IMG/VR virus record: IMGVR_UViG_3300007623_000006
Coordinates: 1-64,000 of that record
Length of the DNA stretch: 64,000 nt
Direction: 5' to 3' (one strand)
Source of the DNA: a virus
Part shown: one piece after another, positions 8,772-16,795 of the stretch
How the letters are laid out: the number at the start of each line of letters is the position of its first letter
How positions within the stretch are numbered: the first letter of the stretch is position 1
Position numbers and translations under genes: made by a program
Notes under the pieces: model-generated
The model's input: only the letters and a program-made list of their open reading frames with translations
The model's database searches: none
Told to the model about the DNA's origin: nothing

Positions 8772-9917
8772 ATGGCAGTAAGTAAAGCATTATTAGACAA
8801 ATATATTAAATTATTCAAACTGCCTGCTGGGTCTACTTGGGATGATGTTCTAGCTGAAAGACAAAGAAGAAAAGATAATAGTAATCCTTGTTACACAAAT
8901 GCTACAAACTTTGACTACTCTGCTCAATTAACAGATGAACAAATCATTGAAAATATGAGAGATTCAATTGAAAGAGAAAAGAAAAGAAGAGCAGTCCAAT
9001 GGGATTACGAAGCATACTCTAGTTGGGAAGAAATCAAAGAATTAGCATACCCCGATAAACAAGAAACTGATATGACTGAAGTAGACAAAAAATATGTCGT
9101 TAGGTCAGAAGCAATTAGAGAGTTAATATCTAGAATTAATGCACTTGGGTCGTTTTCAGTACCTAATCCTGAGTCATACGAACCAGGACAAGTAATTAGT
9201 AAAGATAAAGTTAAAGTACTTGGTAAGACAATTAATGACAACGAAATAGCATGTCTTTGTGATTGTAACTACTGTACTTGTGATTGTAACTACTGTACTT
9301 GTGATTGTAACTACTGTACTTGTGATTGTAACTACCACGATAATTTAGTTAAGTCTTCATATTTTGGAACTACAACGGATTATGGAGATTCAGGTACTAA
9401 AAATAGAGGTAAAACAAGTGTAGATGATAAAACAGTTTGGGATAAAAGTGTAAACACAACAGATGGCACTATTTGGGCAATTGATTGGTGTAACTGTGAT
9501 TGTAACTACTGTACTTGTAATTGTAACTATTGTACTTGTGATTGTAACTACTGTACTTGTGATTGTAATTATTGTACTTGTGATTGTAACTACTGTACTT
9601 GTGATTGTAACTACTGTACTTGTGATTGTAACTATAAAAACGCTATGTATAGATATTGGTTCAGAGCAAACCCATACGACAGTACAAAATATGATGGTAC
9701 ACAATATGCGTATGGTTCAAGAAGTTCTAGCGGTAGTGTAAGTTCATACTGTACTTGTGATTGTAACTATTGTACTTGTGATTGTAACTATTGTACTTGT
9801 AACTGTAACTATTGTACTTGTAACTGTAACTACTGTACTTGTGACTGTAACTATTGTACTTGTGACTGTAACCAGTGTGTTGTATTCTACTACGGTAGAT
9901 GTAGAGCTTGGGGTTAA
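8772..9917 (+). CDS. Cys-rich repeat protein, putative radical SAM modification target
   Basis: ~160-aa Cys-poor N-terminus, then 17 heptads C-x-C-[DN]-C-N-[YQ] in blocks of 4, 7 and 6; AGGA SD. Confidence 0.85.
   Translation: MAVSKALLDKYIKLFKLPAGSTWDDVLAERQRRKDNSNPCYTNATNFDYSAQLTDEQIIENMRDSIEREKKRRAVQWDYEAYSSWEEIKELAYPDKQETDMTEVDKKYVVRSEAIRELISRINALGSFSVPNPESYEPGQVISKDKVKVLGKTINDNEIACLCDCNYCTCDCNYCTCDCNYCTCDCNYHDNLVKSSYFGTTTDYGDSGTKNRGKTSVDDKTVWDKSVNTTDGTIWAIDWCNCDCNYCTCNCNYCTCDCNYCTCDCNYCTCDCNYCTCDCNYCTCDCNYKNAMYRYWFRANPYDSTKYDGTQYAYGSRSSSGSVSSYCTCDCNYCTCDCNYCTCNCNYCTCNCNYCTCDCNYCTCDCNQCVVFYYGRCRAWG
9252..9335 (+). repeat. 21-nt coding tandem repeat block 1 (4 units)
   Basis: TGTACTTGTGATTGTAACTAC consensus unit. 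Confidence 0.95.
9489..9635 (+). repeat. 21-nt coding tandem repeat block 2 (7 units)
   Basis: Same unit with synonymous and D/N variation. Confidence 0.95.
9750..9875 (+). repeat. 21-nt coding tandem repeat block 3 (6 units)
   Basis: Same unit; last one ends in Gln. Confidence 0.95.
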
Positions 9918-9933
9918 TTTAAAGGAGATTTAA

Positions 9934-10926
9934 GTGAATATAATTTATTATAATTTTGATTATGAATATTTCACAAATATTTTATCGTTAAAAATGGAAG
10001 TGAGAGACGGAGGTCTTTCACTATATGAAAGTTTATTTAGTAGACTTTATGGTATTGGTGCTATAGATAGAACTAAAAAGTTACCTAAGTCTATTAATAC
10101 AGTATCTAAATTCCCTATTCCTAGTGTAATAACAGATTTACCTAGTTATAGTGAAATAGTAGAAGAAAATGCACAGAAAATTAAAAGTTCTTTTGTAGAT
10201 GATTTACCTGCAATAATGTATTACGACGGTTCAATTGATGCAACAGTTGCTTTATTAGCTATGGTTGATGTTGATGTAAAACCTGTTTTAAATGTGTCTG
10301 AGAGCGTCTACAACACACAAAAAGATTTAATTAGTAGTCTGGGTTTAGAAACTGTGATAAACGAAAAGAGAGAGTACGGAGAAGACATTAAACACTATAA
10401 TATTATTAATTATGCTTTAGGTAAAGTTATAAATGATTGTGATTATGCGTATTCTGTATCAAATGAAGATAGTTATTTAAATTTGGGTGTAGATGAATTT
10501 AAAACATACTTAGAGTCTTTATTAGTTAGCGATACATTAATTAATACATTAGATGAGCAATTTAACGCAATTATAAGCATATCACCGGTAGATTTAAATA
10601 CAGTATATAGTGTAATAAAATGGACATCTTTTAATTTTGCGTACCAAGGTCTAACTTTTGATAAATGGTACGACAATAAAACTGTATGGAGAGCAAATCA
10701 AACAGTACATAATTTTTATAATACTGATAAGTTTCAAAGATATAGTTTAAATAATATTAATAAAGAAATTAGCGTAGATAATTTTAAGATTGATGCTCTA
10801 GACTATATAAAATCTAAAACTGATAAGTTTGCAGGAAAAGGATTAGTGTACATAGATGATACTAAAACTGCTTTAAGATTTATTAGTGATGAATATAAAC
10901 CATTTAGAGACATTGGATTTGATTAA
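9934..10926 (+). CDS. Hypothetical protein, possible degenerate adenine-nucleotide alpha-hydrolase (PP-loop) fold
   Basis: GGAG SD with GTG start; IMYYDGSIDATVALL resembles the SGGxDST PP-loop. Confidence 0.4.
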   Translation: MNIIYYNFDYEYFTNILSLKMEVRDGGLSLYESLFSRLYGIGAIDRTKKLPKSINTVSKFPIPSVITDLPSYSEIVEENAQKIKSSFVDDLPAIMYYDGSIDATVALLAMVDVDVKPVLNVSESVYNTQKDLISSLGLETVINEKREYGEDIKHYNIINYALGKVINDCDYAYSVSNEDSYLNLGVDEFKTYLESLLVSDTLINTLDEQFNAIISISPVDLNTVYSVIKWTSFNFAYQGLTFDKWYDNKTVWRANQTVHNFYNTDKFQRYSLNNINKEISVDNFKIDALDYIKSKTDKFAGKGLVYIDDTKTALRFISDEYKPFRDIGFD

Positions 10927-11165
10927 TCCTTTGTCTTTATAATGTGATTATCTTTTATTTTAAATCCTAAATTATTTAAAAATTGTTTTTTTGCTAGCAT
11001 ATCACCAACACTCACAGGTACAAAATAAATATCACCATTATCAATCCCAAAGTCTTTAACTTTAACTACCTTTTCAATTAATAATATATATGTGTCTATT
11101 TTAGATGACGAGTCTATAGAAAACCCATCATCATTTATTTCACTTTTATATGTATCTTTAAGCAT
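10923..11165 (-). CDS. Hypothetical protein
   Basis: Overlaps uvsX stop, same operon. Confidence 0.6.
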   Translation of the reverse strand: MLKDTYKSEINDDGFSIDSSSKIDTYILLIEKVVKVKDFGIDNGDIYFVPVSVGDMLAKKQFLNNLGFKIKDNHIIKTKD

Positions 11166-12198
11166 CAGCTTGTTCTATATCATCCCATGAAAAATCTTCA
11201 TCGGCAATTTCTGAATGTTCAAATGTGTACTTTTTCTCAACATACCATTTAAAATCTGTATTAGAAATAATAGGACCCCAAAATTCTTTAGTGTAAATAT
11301 CCTTTTCTCTCCACTTTTTATCGTTTTCAACTGATGGTCTACTATACCAACCCATAGATGGCTTTTCTACATATCCACCTTCTAAAGCATCTTCTAACAT
11401 ACCATAGAATGGAGAGATACCACCATCATAATTAATTAAATACTTAAGTTTAGAGTTTTCTTTAGCAAATCTACTCTTTTTAGTACTAGCAGTTACAATT
11501 GCTCCAGTAATATCACCTGAACTTTCTTTATTTTTTGCTTTACTTGAACCTAATACAATACTAGATGAAGCAAAATATATACCTCTACCACCACCGATAG
11601 CAAGTGGGTCATATTGATTCATTGAATCATAAACTTGATTAATTACAAATACTGTGAAACCTAAACCTGTTAATAATCTAGCAAACGAATTCTTTTTCTT
11701 TGAAATTGTCATATCTGATACATCTTTACCAGATGTAGCATCGTCTACTGTTTTACTAGTAACTAAACCACCCCAAGAGTCAATAACAAGTAATATTTTA
11801 CTTCTTTCTTCTTTTTCAACTTCACTTGCAATTTGCATAACTGTTTGTTGTAATGACTCAATTTGATTGTCTTGTATAACTAACATATTTTTTTCATCAA
11901 TACCAACATTTTCAGCAAATGCAGGGTCGTATGCAAACTCACTATCTAAATAGATAACTTCTAAACCTTTCTTTTGTGCGTTTTTAGCAACTTTCATACC
12001 AATAAACGACTTACCTAATGATGATGGTGCAGCTATTTGATTTACTTTTCCAATTGGAATACCACCATCTAATTTTCCACTGAATAATACATTAAGTGTT
12101 AAACAACCAGTGTTAATAAAATCTTTTGGTGTCGCTTCTTCTTTAAATATATACTCTGCTATTTTTTTATTTTTAGAGATTTTGTCTAAAATACCCAT
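11158..12198 (-). CDS. uvsX: RecA-like recombinase UvsX
   Basis: TGCLTLNVLFSGKLDGG, APSSLGKS Walker A, YLDSE, VIDSWG, FVINQ, GGGRG. Confidence 0.92.
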   Translation of the reverse strand: MGILDKISKNKKIAEYIFKEEATPKDFINTGCLTLNVLFSGKLDGGIPIGKVNQIAAPSSLGKSFIGMKVAKNAQKKGLEVIYLDSEFAYDPAFAENVGIDEKNMLVIQDNQIESLQQTVMQIASEVEKEERSKILLVIDSWGGLVTSKTVDDATSGKDVSDMTISKKKNSFARLLTGLGFTVFVINQVYDSMNQYDPLAIGGGRGIYFASSSIVLGSSKAKNKESSGDITGAIVTASTKKSRFAKENSKLKYLINYDGGISPFYGMLEDALEGGYVEKPSMGWYSRPSVENDKKWREKDIYTKEFWGPIISNTDFKWYVEKKYTFEHSEIADEDFSWDDIEQADA

Positions 12199-12545
12199 TA
12201 GTTTCCTTTCTGAAATTCTTCTATATTTGTTCTTAGTATACTATAGTTTTTCTTAATTTTCTTATATTGATTAATAAAATCTACAAAGTCAGTCTTTGGT
12301 ATAATAACTGTTTCATTACCATCAGATGATAATTTATAACCTGTTATTTGATTTGTTTCAGTATCTATAACTACTCTTAATTTTTCAATTTTAACATTGT
12401 TGATATTGTATTCTTCAACTGGTTTAAATTCCTCTATTGGAAATTTTGGACAAGGTTTATCTATATATTCTGTTTGAACTATTGTTTTTGTTGTACAACC
12501 TGATAGTAATAATATACTAAACAGTAATAGTGTTATTTTTCCCAT
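12198..12545 (-). CDS. Outer-membrane lipoprotein, putative o-spanin (Rz1-like)
   Basis: Signal peptide with lipobox LLSGC, Pro-containing segment after it, overlaps the upstream membrane coiled-coil gene. Confidence 0.65.
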   Translation of the reverse strand: MGKITLLLFSILLLSGCTTKTIVQTEYIDKPCPKFPIEEFKPVEEYNINNVKIEKLRVVIDTETNQITGYKLSSDGNETVIIPKTDFVDFINQYKKIKKNYSILRTNIEEFQKGN

Positions 12546-12831
12546 TTTCTACATCCTTTATTTGATTTTCAAGTTCAGATATTTTGTCTGTATCCTCTTT
12601 GTTACCAATCTCTTTTAAAACTTTTATTTTAGTTTCTAACTCTTTTTTAGTAGCATCACCTTTTGCTTGTTCTACTCGTTTAGCAGTTTCCACTTCTGCA
12701 TCTTGTATCTGGTCTTTAACTGATTCCAATTCTTCTTCTGCTACTTTTCTATCATGATTGTTCTTCCAAATAAAAAAACCTATAATAGCACTAACAATAC
12801 CCATTAACCATAATTTTATTGTATCAAACAT
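12517..12831 (-). CDS. Putative i-spanin (Rz-like)
   Basis: Single N-terminal TM helix followed by coiled coil; overlaps the lipoprotein gene. Confidence 0.65.
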   Translation of the reverse strand: MFDTIKLWLMGIVSAIIGFFIWKNNHDRKVAEEELESVKDQIQDAEVETAKRVEQAKGDATKKELETKIKVLKEIGNKEDTDKISELENQIKDVENGKNNTITV

Positions 12832-12849
12832 TTGTTTCTCCTTTACATA

Positions 12850-13641
12850 TTATTGACATTTTTCAATATACCATCCAATATATTTTATATTACCGCTTTT
12901 TTGATGTTTTATAATATCGTTTGGTCTACATTTGCTATACAATCTTTTATCTTTTCTTGCTTTTAATAATCCATTAGGTAAATTATTATCTTTTATAAAA
13001 TCACTTAACTTATAACCATTAATAATATTATATATTATATTATCATCTTTGTTTTTTATACAGTATGAATATAACCATTTAGTGGAATCAATACCAATTT
13101 TAGAATCTACACAGTAATAACCATTTGTTTTTTTATCTCTTTTATTATATATAGGCATACCATAATTATCAGCAGATTTTTTAATATTAGTGTAACATAT
13201 ACCAATATCTTTTGATTTCTTTACATAATCACCATTACATTCAGCAATAATATTATGATTATTGTCATATATTGTTATTGTCCTTGCTCTACCATTATCA
13301 GAACCGAAATTTTTTGTAGGTGTAAAATCGTGTATCTTAGATATAGTATCACCTCCATCACCACCAATAGTCATATTATACCCATTATTAAATGTATTAT
13401 AATATTTTATCCAATACTCTTCCCTAATATCAATATTTTCATCACTTATATTGTCTTCTAATATACTAGTTTCAAAATTATCAATTCCATATTTTCTTAA
13501 TGCTCGGTGAAATACATTATTAGACCCATTATTACTACTTCTTATGTGTTGATTTAATCTATAATCTACTTTATTTTTTGTTTTTCCTATATAAGATTTT
13601 CCATTTATTTTATTAGTATGTTTATATATTTTATTTCTCAT
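12850..13641 (-). mobile_element. Free-standing GIY-YIG (Seg-like) homing endonuclease
   Basis: IYKHTNKINGKSYIGKT..RLNQH..KYGIDNF..E..I..YNTFNNGYN. Confidence 0.88.
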
Positions 13642-13670
13642 ACTTTATTTATTGACTTTAAAAATCAAAG

Positions 13671-14381
13671 TTATTGTGGGTTACAATGTTTCCCTTTATA
13701 ATCACACCAATCACATAGTCTTGTCGGGTTTTTATTAAATTCAGTTTCTGACTCTATTTTCTTAATCTTTTGAGCATACAGTTGACTATAATTATTATAA
13801 TTATTTCTACTAAACTCAAACCTATGTCTTTCTCCGTGCTCTACATAAACATAATCTGCTTTAACTGTATCAATATCAGCAAAAGTATTAAAAACCCATA
13901 TAGCATAAAGTATAACTTGGTCATTACTCATATATGCTTGGTCTTTTACTTTACCACTTTTCCAGTCTACTACTGTACCTACATTACCTTCTTTAATAAA
14001 AAAATCTATTTTACCTCTTAGCATAGCATTTTTATTATAGTAATTACAAGGTAGCAGTTTAGTAGTTAGACCAAATTCTATTTCGTGTCCTATAGCACCA
14101 TCATTTAGTAAGTATGATTGGCCCAGTTCACTATCAATAAAATCTAATGCAAGCTGTTCACATTCTTTTTGTTCATTTTCATCAAGTAGTTTATATTCAA
14201 ATAATGGTAAAGTTTTAGAATATGGATTATATAACTCAATTATCTGGTGTATCCTAGTACCTTTTTCCAATGCTTTATTTTCTGTAAATACTTTAATTTT
14301 ATCAATATAATTAAGTTTAAATTTATAAGGACAGTCAAATGTAGAAAGTTTACTATAAGAATATGGAGTGTATTTAAGCAT
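13671..14381 (-). CDS. PD-(D/E)XK exonuclease, Cas4/RecB-like
   Basis: SYSKL..CP, GTRIH, E..GKIDF..VVDWKSG, QVILYA, CDWCDYKGKHC. Confidence 0.85.
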   Translation of the reverse strand: MLKYTPYSYSKLSTFDCPYKFKLNYIDKIKVFTENKALEKGTRIHQIIELYNPYSKTLPLFEYKLLDENEQKECEQLALDFIDSELGQSYLLNDGAIGHEIEFGLTTKLLPCNYYNKNAMLRGKIDFFIKEGNVGTVVDWKSGKVKDQAYMSNDQVILYAIWVFNTFADIDTVKADYVYVEHGERHRFEFSRNNYNNYSQLYAQKIKKIESETEFNKNPTRLCDWCDYKGKHCNPQ

Positions 14382-14655
14382 CTATATCCTTTATCTTATC
14401 TTTTGAATATGATGGAATGGCCTTTCTAAGTCCGGAAAGTTGCCCTTTTTCATTAATAAAAACTCTTCTTATATCACCAAAAGCAAATAACTCAAACTCT
14501 TCGTCTGCATTTCTTTTTACTTCCATATAGATACCAAAGTCCTTAAACCTATATCTTTTTTTAACATTATTAACATTTTTACTAAAAGAACCATCTCTAT
14601 TGTTTTTAGTAAAATTGTTTTTTCTTAAAAAGTTATGTATCTTGTTTAGTTCCAT
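14374..14655 (-). CDS. Hypothetical protein
   Basis: Coupled between dnaJ and exonuclease; GGAG SD. Confidence 0.6.
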   Translation of the reverse strand: MELNKIHNFLRKNNFTKNNRDGSFSKNVNNVKKRYRFKDFGIYMEVKRNADEEFELFAFGDIRRVFINEKGQLSGLRKAIPSYSKDKIKDIDA

Positions 14656-15421
14656 TTTGTTCTCCGTTAATATAACTATTTATTTCGTCTACTAGTGTAT
14701 TAGGCAAATCATCTACTTTTGGAGTTTCAACTATTAATTTTACATATAAATCACCTGAAGTGTTATATCTAGAGTTTGGTAGTCCTTTACCTTTTAGTCT
14801 TATTCTCTTTGATGAATCAATTCCACCACCCAATTTAACTTTACCTATTACATTATCCCATAATTTTATATCAAGTGTAGTACCTAAAATTAATTCAAAA
14901 ACATTTACTTTTTGTTCTATTTCTAAATCAAGTAAATCAACTTTTTTTATATTATCATCATTTTTTACAAATATAGTAAATATAAGGTCACCAACTCTAC
15001 CAGTTTGTTTACTTTTGACACCCTTTCCTTGAAATACTATTTTAGTACCAGATTGTAATCCTTTAGGTACAACCAATTCTTCTATTTGATTTGAATATAC
15101 TTCAACAAATACTTTAGCACCTTCGTATGTATCTCTTAATGAAACTGTAACATTTCTTTGTATGTCTAAGTTTTCTTTAAAATGTTTATGAAAATTGTGG
15201 AAATTGTCAAATGGATTATTTTTACTGTTTAATGTAAAGTCGTATTGTTTTCTCTTTTTGTCGTCTGAAAGAGTTGAGTATGCTTCGTTAATCTGTTTAA
15301 AAGTCTCTTCACATCCATCCTGAGTGTCAGGATGATGTTTTTTAGCGAGTCTTCTATATGATTGTTTAATATCCGCCGAAGTGGCTTGTTGATTTATTTC
15401 AAGTGTTTCGTAATGTGTCAT
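14633..15421 (-). CDS. dnaJ: DnaJ-class co-chaperone (CbpA-like, no Zn finger)
   Basis: J-domain HYETL..YRRLAKKHHPD..FKQINEAYSTLSD; C-terminal GDL repeats, IRLKGKGLP. Confidence 0.9.
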   Translation of the reverse strand: MTHYETLEINQQATSADIKQSYRRLAKKHHPDTQDGCEETFKQINEAYSTLSDDKKRKQYDFTLNSKNNPFDNFHNFHKHFKENLDIQRNVTVSLRDTYEGAKVFVEVYSNQIEELVVPKGLQSGTKIVFQGKGVKSKQTGRVGDLIFTIFVKNDDNIKKVDLLDLEIEQKVNVFELILGTTLDIKLWDNVIGKVKLGGGIDSSKRIRLKGKGLPNSRYNTSGDLYVKLIVETPKVDDLPNTLVDEINSYINGEQNGTKQDT

Positions 15422-15441
15422 ATAAAATCTTTTTTTGATTT

Positions 15442-15463
15442 ATTATACAACACTTTTACTTAA
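15442..15463 (-). promoter_or_regulatory. Host sigma70-type early promoter TTAAGT-N10-TATAAT
   Basis: Exact motif upstream of dnaJ; recurs at 8 other sites. Confidence 0.7.
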
Positions 15464-15465
15464 AT

Positions 15466-16773
15466 TTAACTTATACTGATAGTACCATCACCATTATCTA
15501 CAACAGAACCAACAATTGTTGAATCTTGTCTACCATATTTTTCATTGTCAAGTGTATACATAGTATCTATTAAGTTTGAGAATGTTGTGCTTTCTGTACC
15601 TAAATATTTCCATCCATTAACAAAAATGTCATATTTAATACCAATTGAGAAATCTAATACAGGGAAATCTAAATTAATATCAAAATTAATATCTTCAATA
15701 ATAACATTTCTAGTATCAAATACTCCTTTAGTCATATCTAGTTCTAATTCAGAAACTTCGTCATATGTAGCACCTACTGGTCTTCTGTTCATTAATAACC
15801 CTCTTGGTGAATAATGTAATTTGTTAACATCTGTTTTAAATCTTTGCATTTTACTGTACTTAACCACTTCATAACCATTTGTATCTTTCATTACAAGTTT
15901 ACCAACAACATAAACTTTTTTAGATTTAGTTAATAAAGCAACATAATTATCACCAGCAATAGCAGTATTAATAATAGTATCTGAATCGTATTTATCACCT
16001 GCATTTGGTAAAAATTTATTTAATAATACCCATTGATGTGTCGCATAACCTATATTATCAGTAAATTGATGATTTAAGTTTGAACCACATGCCCATACAT
16101 TGTTATTTTTTCTAATTATAGTGAAATCATTCCCACATGCTACTTCATATACATTAGCACCGTCGTATGAATTTCCATCAAAATCAACCCCTACTAAAGA
16201 AGCTTCAACTGAATATATTCCTCTATTCATTGATGATGTAAAGTTTGTATTAGATAATTCAGAAACAGGAGTATATATATTTCTATCAGCATAATCACTT
16301 AAATCAGTGAATACTACTTTTTTTGGTACATAAACGATGTCATTTACACCACTTACTCTAGAATCGTTCAATACTCCACATTGACCATAAGAGTTATCAC
16401 CCCATAACCATACATCCCCTTTACTATCTAAAGCTACATTGTGGTTTAATCCAGCATCAACTGAAACTATATTAACATTCTCAGGGAATGTAACATATGC
16501 AGGGCTGTATCCGTTTTCAATCGAGTGTGTATTCGACCAACCTAATTGACCTTTAGAGTTGTCACCAAATGTCATAACTCTATTATCCATTGTTAAAACG
16601 ATAGTATGGTTTAAACCTGTTGCCACTTGTCTAACACTATCCATAATCTTTTTTTGTTCTTTAGAAAAACTAGTAGTGTCAGTACTAATACCTAACTGAC
16701 CATATGTATTACTTCCAACTCCATATAAACCACTGTTTTCATCTATGAACATAGCGTGATATGATAAAATCAT
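15466..16773 (-). CDS. RCC1/BLIP-II repeat beta-propeller protein
   Basis: Repeats GSNTYGQLG, VATGLNHT, GDNSKGQLG, AGLNHN, WGDNSYGQCG, VACGNDFT. Confidence 0.85.
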   Translation of the reverse strand: MILSYHAMFIDENSGLYGVGSNTYGQLGISTDTTSFSKEQKKIMDSVRQVATGLNHTIVLTMDNRVMTFGDNSKGQLGWSNTHSIENGYSPAYVTFPENVNIVSVDAGLNHNVALDSKGDVWLWGDNSYGQCGVLNDSRVSGVNDIVYVPKKVVFTDLSDYADRNIYTPVSELSNTNFTSSMNRGIYSVEASLVGVDFDGNSYDGANVYEVACGNDFTIIRKNNNVWACGSNLNHQFTDNIGYATHQWVLLNKFLPNAGDKYDSDTIINTAIAGDNYVALLTKSKKVYVVGKLVMKDTNGYEVVKYSKMQRFKTDVNKLHYSPRGLLMNRRPVGATYDEVSELELDMTKGVFDTRNVIIEDINFDINLDFPVLDFSIGIKYDIFVNGWKYLGTESTTFSNLIDTMYTLDNEKYGRQDSTIVGSVVDNGDGTISIS

Positions 16774-16795
16774 ATGTTTCTCCTTTTTTATTATA

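Noticed and set aside
9390-9741. Alternative-frame ORFs over the repeat (VIVTTVL and TITSTVV repeats)
   Set aside because: Shadows of the Cys-repeat gene; no SD, and third-position variation fits the Cys frame.
9252-9875. 21-nt repeats as a CRISPR array or DGR template/variable repeat
   Set aside because: Units are directly tandem without unique spacers, stay in frame and vary mainly at synonymous sites; no cas or reverse transcriptase gene is in the window.
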